DNA of 23,630 nucleotides from a virus (Duplodnaviria; Heunggongvirae; Uroviricota; Caudoviricetes): IMG/VR virus record IMGVR_UViG_2563366867_000003; one strand, 5' to 3'. Shown piece by piece: positions 17,163 to 23,630 of this stretch (position 1 is its first letter; each line of letters starts with the position of its first letter). The notes under the pieces were generated by a model. It saw only the letters and a program-made list of their open reading frames with translations, ran no database searches and was not told where the DNA came from. The position numbers and the translations under genes were made by a program.

Positions 17163-18438
17163 GGGTATGCGGCCGATGACCTCGGTTTTGTGGGGGATTC
17201 GTATCAGGAGGCGAGACAGCGTTATATCAGTAATGCTCTGGAAGCCTGGCGTAATAACGAGGCGAACAAACCTAAATCCCGGGGTGGAAAATCAGAGACG
17301 GAAAAAGCGGAAGACAGTTTTTCCCGGCTACTGAAACAGCAGAAAGAGCAACTGGCACTGGCGGGTCAGAATACAGAACTGGCGAAGCTGAAGTACCAGA
17401 CTGCGCAGGGAGAACTGAAAACCCTGACGGAGATGCAGAAGCAGGAACTGCTGCGTAACGCGGCCCTGATTGACCAGCAAAAAATCCGGGAACAGTTGCG
17501 ATCCCGGGAAGAGACCCTGAAGAATGATAATGTGGCTGCGCGTGCATCAAATGAAGCCGAACTGCTGGGGTACGGGCAGGGAGAACGAGCCAGGGAACGC
17601 ATGCGGGAGTTGCAGCAGATCCGCGACAGCTTCCGCCAGAAGGATGCGGACCTTCAGTCTCAGTATCAGACCGGGGATATCAGTGAGGATTTTTACAGAC
17701 AGGCACGGGCACAGAACGCGCAGTATCTGAGCGAACGCCTTAAGGACCAGGCAGCCTTTTATGCCGAATCGGATGCGCAGCGTGCGGACTGGCAGAAAGG
17801 CTTGCAGGAGGGGCTCAGTAACTGGGTGGACAATGCATCCGATTACGCCTCTCAGGCAGCACAGCTGGCAACGGAGGGGATTTCAGGACTGGTGAATAAC
17901 ATCACGGAGATGCTGAACGGAAACAAAGTGGAATGGCGCAACTGGGCCTCATCCGTACTGCAGGAAATCTCAAAAGTTCTTATGAATGCCGCGATTGTCA
18001 ACGGAATTAAGACGGCGGCAAACGGTATGTCCGGTGCGGGAGGATTTATTGGCAGCATTGGTGACTGGCTGGGCGGTGCGGTGGCCAATGCAAAAGGCGG
18101 CGTGTATACCTCGGCAAACCTGAGTGCGTACAGCAACAGCATTGTGGACACGCCCACGTACTTTGCGTTTGCAAAAGGGGCCGGGCTGATGGGGGAAGCC
18201 GGACCTGAAGCCATTATGCCCCTGACCCGGGCGGCGGATGGCTCGCTGGGCGTACGCGCGGTGGGCAGTATGAACGGCAGTGCCGGTCTGGTGTATTCCC
18301 CGGTCTACCACATCGCCATTCAGAATGACGGGGCTAACGGACAGATAGGGCCGGAGGCGGCAGGCAGTCTTGTGCAGCTGATTGACCAGCGGGTGCAGGC
18401 GGTGATGCTGTCCATGCGACGTGACGGAGGAATGCTGA

Positions 18439-18780
18439 GTGGCTGAGATAAAAACGCTGCATCTGGTCCCGCGTGAAGGGATGCAGGTGAGTGAGAAACC
18501 GTCGGTGGTGAGGGTTCGGTTTGGTGACGGTTATGAACAGCGCCGACCGACGGGACTTAATGCCAGACTGAAGACGTTTCAGGCGGTGTTCCGGGTGACG
18601 GATGAACCAACCCGGCGCTGGCTGGATGAATTTTTATCCTGGCATGGTGGTTACCGTGCCTTTTTGTGGCGACCGCCGAAACATAACCGGACGGTGAGGG
18701 TGGTATGCCGGGAGTGGAGCGTCACAGATAACGCCAGGTACAGTGATTTCAGTTGTACGATTGAGCAGGTGGTGAACTGA
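18439..18780 (+). CDS. M: minor tail protein M (lambda gpM-like)
   Basis: GTG start after GGAGG; motifs VRFGDGYEQRRPTGLNA and C-terminal FSCTIEQVVN resemble recalled lambda M; follows the tape measure gene. Confidence 0.85.
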   Translation: MAEIKTLHLVPREGMQVSEKPSVVRVRFGDGYEQRRPTGLNARLKTFQAVFRVTDEPTRRWLDEFLSWHGGYRAFLWRPPKHNRTVRVVCREWSVTDNARYSDFSCTIEQVVN

Positions 18781-19478
18781 TGCAGGATATTCACGAAGAA
18801 AGTCTGAACGAGTCGGTTAAATCAGAGCAGTCACCGCGGGTGGTACTCTGGGAAATCGACCTGACGGTACAGGGCGGTGAGCGGTATTTTTTCTGTAATG
18901 AGCTGAATGAAAAAGGGGAGCCGGTCACCTGGCAGGGGCGTAAGTATGAGGCATACCCGATTGACGGCAGCGGTTTTGAGATGAGCGGCCGGGGCAGCAG
19001 TGCCAGACCGTCGCTGACGGTGTCCAATCTGTTCGGTCTGGTCACCGGGATGGCGGAAGACCTGCAGAGTCTGGTGGGGGCCACGGTGGTCCGCCGCCGG
19101 GTGTATGCCCGTTTTCTGGATGCGGTGAATTTCGTTGCGGGCAATCCGGAGGCGGACCCGGAGCAGGAGCTGAGTGACCGCTGGGTGGTGGAGCAGATGT
19201 CGCAGCTGACAGCCATGACGGCCTCGTTTGTGCTGGCCACACCGACCGAGACGGACGGGGCGCTGTTTCCCGGTCGTATCATGCTGGCGAACACCTGTAT
19301 GTGGACCTACCGCTCTGATGAGTGTGGTTACACGGGCGGGGCAGTGGCGGATGAGTTCGATAAACCCACCACGGATATCCGTAAGGACAGATGCAGCAAG
19401 TGCATGCGCGGGTGTGAACTGCGCAGGAATGTCGGCAATTTTGGCGGTTTCCTTTCCATTAATAAACTTTCGCAGTAA
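18780..19478 (+). CDS. L: minor tail protein L (lambda gpL-like)
   Basis: 232 aa; conserved cysteines near the C-terminus (CMWTYRSDECGYTGG...C..C..C) consistent with the gpL Fe-S cluster; start overlaps the M stop. Confidence 0.85.
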   Translation: MQDIHEESLNESVKSEQSPRVVLWEIDLTVQGGERYFFCNELNEKGEPVTWQGRKYEAYPIDGSGFEMSGRGSSARPSLTVSNLFGLVTGMAEDLQSLVGATVVRRRVYARFLDAVNFVAGNPEADPEQELSDRWVVEQMSQLTAMTASFVLATPTETDGALFPGRIMLANTCMWTYRSDECGYTGGAVADEFDKPTTDIRKDRCSKCMRGCELRRNVGNFGGFLSINKLSQ

Positions 19479-19488
19479 ATCCCGGTTT

Positions 19489-20232
19489 ATGACACAGACT
19501 GAATCAGCGATTCTGGCGCATGCCCGGCGGTGTGCGCCTGCGGAGTCGTGCGGCTTCGTGATAAGCACGCCGGAGGGGGAGCGGTATATCCCTTGTGTGA
19601 ATATTTCCGCAGAGCCGGAGGCGTATTTTCGTATCGCACCGGAAGACTGGCTGCGGGCAGAGATGCAGGGGGAGATTGTGGCGCTGGTCCACAGTCATCC
19701 CGGTGGTCTGCCCTGGCTGAGCGAGGCGGACCGGCGGCTGCAGATAAAGAGCGCACTGCCCTGGTGGCTGGTCTGCCGGGGTGACATTCACAAATTCCGC
19801 TGCGTGCCGCACCTGACGGGACGGCGCTTTGAGCACGGGGTGACGGACTGTTACACCCTGTTCCGGGATGCATACCATCTGGCGGGGACTGAAATGCCGG
19901 ATTTTCATCGCGAGGATGACTGGTGGCGCAACGGTCAGAACCTTTACCTGGACAATATGGCGGTCACCGGCTTTTACCGGGTGCCCCTGTCCTCTGCACA
20001 GGCGGGCGATATTCTGCTGTGCTGCTTTGGTGCTTCGGTACCGAACCATGCCGCCATTTACTGCGGCAACGGTGAGCTGCTTCACCATCTGCCTGAACAA
20101 CTGAGTAAACGGGAGAGGTATTCCGAAAAATGGCAACGACGAACGCATTCTGTCTGGCGTCACCGCCACTGGCACGCATCTGCCTTCACGGGGATTTGCA
20201 ACGATTTGGCCGCCGCCTCAGCCTGTATGTGA
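19489..20232 (+). CDS. K: tail assembly protein K (JAB/MPN metalloprotease-like plus NlpC/P60-like)
   Basis: JAMM-like motif ALVHSHPGGLPWLSEADRR; C-terminal LLCCFGASVPNHAAIYCG motif; overlaps the start of I by about 100 nt, as recalled for lambda K/I. Confidence 0.8.
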   Translation: MTQTESAILAHARRCAPAESCGFVISTPEGERYIPCVNISAEPEAYFRIAPEDWLRAEMQGEIVALVHSHPGGLPWLSEADRRLQIKSALPWWLVCRGDIHKFRCVPHLTGRRFEHGVTDCYTLFRDAYHLAGTEMPDFHREDDWWRNGQNLYLDNMAVTGFYRVPLSSAQAGDILLCCFGASVPNHAAIYCGNGELLHHLPEQLSKRERYSEKWQRRTHSVWRHRHWHASAFTGICNDLAAASACM

Positions 20233-20810
20233 ACACGGCAGCGGAAGCCATCCGTGCCCTGTCGTTACAGGTGCCGGGCTTTCGCCGTCAGATGAACGAA
20301 GGCTGGTACCAGATACGTATTGCCGGTGATGACACGGCACCGGAGGCGGTGTACGCCCGTCTTCACGAACAGCTGGGTGAGGGAACGGTCATCCACATTG
20401 TGCCGCGACTGGCCGGAGCCGGAAAGGGCGGACTGCAGATTGTGCTGGGGGCGGCAGCCATCGTGGGCTCTTTCTTCACGGCCGGTGCCTCGATGGCGTT
20501 ATGGGGTTCAGCCCTGGCAGCCGGTGGTTTTTCTGCCACCACGATGCTGTTTTCACTGGGGGCCAGCATGATACTGGGCGGTGTGGCACAGATGCTGGCC
20601 CCGAAGGCAAAAACACCGGATTACCGCGTAACGGATAACGGCAGACAGAACACGTACTTTTCCTCGCTGGATAACATGATTGCCCAGGGGAACCCGATGC
20701 CGGTGCCTTACGGGGAAATGCTGGTTGGCTCCCGCCGTATATCCCAGGACATCAGCACCCGTGATGAAGGCGGGGGCGGAAAGGTCGTGGTTATCGGGCG
20801 GCAGGGGTAA
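20130..20810 (+). CDS. I: tail assembly protein I (lambda gpI-like)
   Basis: 226 aa; ARICLHGDLQRFGRRL..., Gly/Ala-rich hydrophobic core and C-terminal QNTYFSSLDNMIAQGNPMPVPYGEM closely match recalled lambda gpI. Confidence 0.85.
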   Translation: MATTNAFCLASPPLARICLHGDLQRFGRRLSLYVNTAAEAIRALSLQVPGFRRQMNEGWYQIRIAGDDTAPEAVYARLHEQLGEGTVIHIVPRLAGAGKGGLQIVLGAAAIVGSFFTAGASMALWGSALAAGGFSATTMLFSLGASMILGGVAQMLAPKAKTPDYRVTDNGRQNTYFSSLDNMIAQGNPMPVPYGEMLVGSRRISQDISTRDEGGGGKVVVIGRQG

Positions 20811-20817
20811 AAAGAAT

Positions 20818-20908
20818 AAAAAAATCCCGCAGAGTTGCGGAGCTGCGGGAGCGTTACGAAGATCAACTATAGATAATTATTCTTATGTCACGACAAAAAA
20901 ATTAACGC
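20818..20908 (-). ncRNA. candidate small RNA (about 90 nt) in the I-J intergenic region, antisense to the late operon
   Basis: Minus-strand sigma70-like promoter: -35 TTCACA (plus-strand 20942-20937), 16-bp spacer, perfect -10 TATAAT (20920-20915); downstream minus-strand hairpin (stem 20826-20832 / 20843-20849) followed by U7 (20824-20818); no plausible ORF inside; 5' gcguua and 3' uaacgc can pair. Confidence 0.4.
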
Positions 20909-21014
20909 AGAGAAATTATACGCGCCACAGTCAGTTTGTGAAAATGTGAAGATATTCAGAATTTTTATGCCATTACCGGTTTTAACCAACAGGATTATCG
21001 GTGGGCATGAAAGA

Positions 21015-21044
21015 AAACCCCGGTATCTGCTGATACCGGGGTTT
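21015..21044. terminator. 12-bp perfect stem-loop just upstream of J (possible bidirectional terminator or processing site)
   Basis: aaaccccggtat-ctgctg-ataccggggttt; only weak T-tracts on either strand. Confidence 0.35.
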
Positions 21045-21147
21045 CTCTTTAGCATGGCAGAAATGTGTTTCATGCTTTTCGGGCGAAGGATATCCGACTT
21101 CTGTACGGAATGGCAAGTGGCGGTTAATTTATTCAGGGGAAGGCTGT

Positions 21148-23630
21148 ATGGGAAAAGGTGGCGGTAAGGCACACACGCCTCGTGAGGCGAAGGATAATCT
21201 CAAATCCACGCAGATGATGAGTGTGATTGATGCGATTGGTGAGGGACCGATAGAAGGTCCGGTGAAGGGACTGCAGAGTATTCTGGTGAACAAAACCCCA
21301 CTGACGGACACGGACGGCAATCCCGTGATACACGGTGTGACGGCGGTCTGGCGTGCCGGGGAGCAGGAGCAGACACCACCGGAAGGCTTTGAGTCCTCCG
21401 GAGCTGAAACCGGACTGGGTGTGGAAGTGACGAAGGCAAAGCCGGTGACGCGCACCATTACGTCCGCGAACATTGACCGCCTGCGGGTTACCTTCGGGGT
21501 GCAGTCACTGGTGCAGACCACGTCAAAGGGCGACCGTAACCCGGCATCCGTCCGCCTGCTGATTCAGTTACAGCGTAATGGCCGCTGGGTGACGGAAAAG
21601 GATGTCACCATTAACGGCAAGACCACCTCGCAGTTCCTGGCCTCGGTGATTCTGGATAATCTGCCGCCCCGGCCCTTTAACATCCGGATGGTCCGGGAGA
21701 CGGCGGACAGCACCACGGACCAGTTGCAGAACAGAACGCTCTGGTCATCGTACACTGAAATCATCGATGTGAAACAGTGCTACCCGAACACGGCCATTGT
21801 GGGGCTGCAGGTGGATGCGGAGCAGTTCGGCGGCCAGCAGATGACGGTGAACTACCATATCCGCGGTCGCATCATTCAGGTGCCGTCAAACTATGACCCG
21901 GAAAAACGCACGTACAGTGGTATCTGGGACGGCAGTCTGAAACCGGCATACAGCAACAATCCGGCCTGGTGTCTGTGGGACATGCTGACTCACCCGCGCT
22001 ACGGCATGGGAAAACGTCTGGGGGCGGCGGATGTGGACAAGTGGGCGCTGTATGCCATCGGGCAGTACTGCGACCAGACGGTCCCGGATGGTTTCGGGGG
22101 GACCGAGCCGCGGATGACCTTTAATGCGTACCTGGCACAACAGCGTAAGGCGTGGGACGTTCTCAGTGATTTCTGCTCTGCGATGCGCTGTATGCCGGTA
22201 TGGAACGGTCAGACGCTGACGTTCGTTCAGGACCGCCCGTCGGATGTGGTGTGGCCGTACACCAACAGCGATGTGGTGGTGGATGATAACGGCGTGGGAT
22301 TCCGCTACAGCTTCAGTGCCCTGAAGGACCGGCACACGGCGGTGGAGGTGAATTACACCGACCCGCAGAACGGCTGGCAGACATCCACGGAACTGGTGGA
22401 AGACCCGGAAGCCATACTGCGCTACGGACGCAACCTGCTGAAGATGGACGCGTTCGGCTGTACCAGCCGGGGGCAGGCGCACCGTGCCGGGCTGTGGGTG
22501 ATAAAGACCGAACTGCTGGAAACGCAGACGGTGGATTTCACGCTCGGGTCTCAGGGGCTGCGGCACACACCCGGTGACATCATTGAAATCTGTGATAACG
22601 ACTATGCCGGGACCATGACCGGCGGACGTGTCCTGTCCATCGATGCCGCCAGCCGTACCCTGACGCTGGACCGGGAGGTGACACTGCCGGAGACCGGCAC
22701 GGCCACTGTTAATCTGATTAACGGCAGCGGTAAGCCGGCGAGCGTGGCCATCACCGCACACCCCGCGCCGGACCGGATACAGGTCAGCACCCTGCCGGAT
22801 GGTGTGGAGACATACGGTGTGTGGGGACTCTCCCTGCCGTCACTGCGCCGTCGCCTGTTCCGCTGTGTCTCCGTCCGGGAAAACACGGACGGCACCTTTG
22901 CCATCACGGCGGTGCAGCACGTACCGGAAAAAGAAGCCATCGTGGATAACGGTGCCCGCTTTGAGCCGCAGTCAGGCTCCCTGAACAGCGTCATCCCACC
23001 GGCAGTACAGCACCTGACGGTGGAGGTGAGCGCAGCTGACGGCCAGTATCTGGCGCAGGCTAAATGGGACACGCCGCGGGTGGTGAAGGGCGTGCGCTTC
23101 AGTCTGCGCCTGACCAGTGGTAAGGGAACGGATGCCAGACTGGTGACCACCGCCATCACCGCAGACACGGAGCACCGTTTCAGTGGCCTGCCACTGGGGG
23201 AATACACCCTGACGGTGCGGGCGATAAACAGTTATGGCCAGCAGGGTGAACCTGCCACCACCACCTTCCGGATTAACGCACCTGCAAAACCCGCCACCAT
23301 TGAGCTGACGCCGGGGTATTTTCAGATAACGGCGGTCCCGCGTCTTGCGGTGTATGATCCGACGATACAGTTTGAATTCTGGTTCTCAGAAAAACGCATC
23401 ACGAACACGGCACAGGTGGAAAAATCTGCCCGTTATCTGGGGTCCGGCAGTCAGTGGACTGTCCAGGGGAGCCGGATTAAGCCGGGGACGGATTTCTGGT
23501 TTTACGTGCGAAGCGTCAACCTGGTGGGAAAATCTGCTTTTGTGGAAGCCAGCGGGCAGCCCAGCAATGATGGTGAAGGGTATCTGGAAATTTTCCGGGG
23601 GCTGATAGATGAGACGCTTCTGGGTCAGGC
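21148..23630 (+). CDS. J: tail tip / host specificity protein J (lambda gpJ-like), 5' partial, runs off the window
   Basis: ATG 21148 after AGGGGAAGG; long open frame to the window end ([41 protein letters not shown]...); follows M-L-K-I in lambda order. Confidence 0.85.
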   Translation, partial: MGKGGGKAHTPREAKDNLKSTQMMSVIDAIGEGPIEGPVKGLQSILVNKTPLTDTDGNPVIHGVTAVWRAGEQEQTPPEGFESSGAETGLGVEVTKAKPVTRTITSANIDRLRVTFGVQSLVQTTSKGDRNPASVRLLIQLQRNGRWVTEKDVTINGKTTSQFLASVILDNLPPRPFNIRMVRETADSTTDQLQNRTLWSSYTEIIDVKQCYPNTAIVGLQVDAEQFGGQQMTVNYHIRGRIIQVPSNYDPEKRTYSGIWDGSLKPAYSNNPAWCLWDMLTHPRYGMGKRLGAADVDKWALYAIGQYCDQTVPDGFGGTEPRMTFNAYLAQQRKAWDVLSDFCSAMRCMPVWNGQTLTFVQDRPSDVVWPYTNSDVVVDDNGVGFRYSFSALKDRHTAVEVNYTDPQNGWQTSTELVEDPEAILRYGRNLLKMDAFGCTSRGQAHRAGLWVIKTELLETQTVDFTLGSQGLRHTPGDIIEICDNDYAGTMTGGRVLSIDAASRTLTLDREVTLPETGTATVNLINGSGKPASVAITAHPAPDRIQVSTLPDGVETYGVWGLSLPSLRRRLFRCVSVRENTDGTFAITAVQHVPEKEAIVDNGARFEPQSGSLNSVIPPAVQHLTVEVSAADGQYLAQAKWDTPRVVKGVRFSLRLTSGKGTDARLVTTAITADTEHRFSGLPLGEYTLTVRAINSYGQQGEPATTTFRINAPAKPATIELTPGYFQITAVPRLAVYDPTIQFEFWFSEKRITNTAQVEKSARYLGSGSQWTVQGSRIKPGTDFWFYVRSVNLVGKSAFVEASGQPSNDGEGYLEIFRGLIDETLLGQ

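Larger units (their letters stand above)
13766..18446 (+). pseudogene. tape measure protein gene interrupted by IS4 (N-terminal part 13766-15724, C-terminal part 17151-18446)
   Basis: The frame stops at TAA formed by the first bases of IS4 (15725-15727); removing IS4 and one 12-bp duplication joins ...EKERARL to GYAADDLGFVGDSYQEARQRY... in frame (about 1080 aa); Ala/Gln-rich helical protein in the lambda gpH position. Confidence 0.85.

Noticed and set aside
20946..21167. 73-aa plus-strand ORF in the I-J intergenic region
   Set aside because: It runs through the 12-bp stem-loop and into the J start, with no RBS; the region is better explained as regulatory or small RNA.
21886..22761. 291-aa minus-strand ORF
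   Set aside because: Antisense to the J gene, whose plus-strand frame is long and lambda-like.

Overview
This window is the late (lysis, packaging, head, tail) region of a lambdoid prophage on the + strand, probably from E. coli/Shigella given the IS4 element. Order: pinholin / unknown gene / SAR endolysin / Rz-Rz1, a small cargo region (RHH-like protein, HNH endonuclease), a GTTAAC-palindrome-rich putative cos region, small and large terminase, a fused prohead protease-major capsid protein, portal, a tandem-repeat protein, head-tail joining genes, major tail protein, G/GT chaperone with a -1 frameshift site, a tape measure gene split by an IS4 insertion with 12-bp target duplications, then lambda-like M, L, K, I and the 5' part of J. 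The prophage is very likely tail-defective. The most interesting items are (i) a repeat-rich protein with a possible C-terminal sugar-binding domain inside the head module, (ii) a candidate antisense small RNA with its own promoter and terminator between I and J, (iii) a 45-codon membrane ORF coupled to Rz, and (iv) the fused protease-capsid gene lying upstream of portal. All homology calls are from reading the translations and recalled family features; no database search was run.
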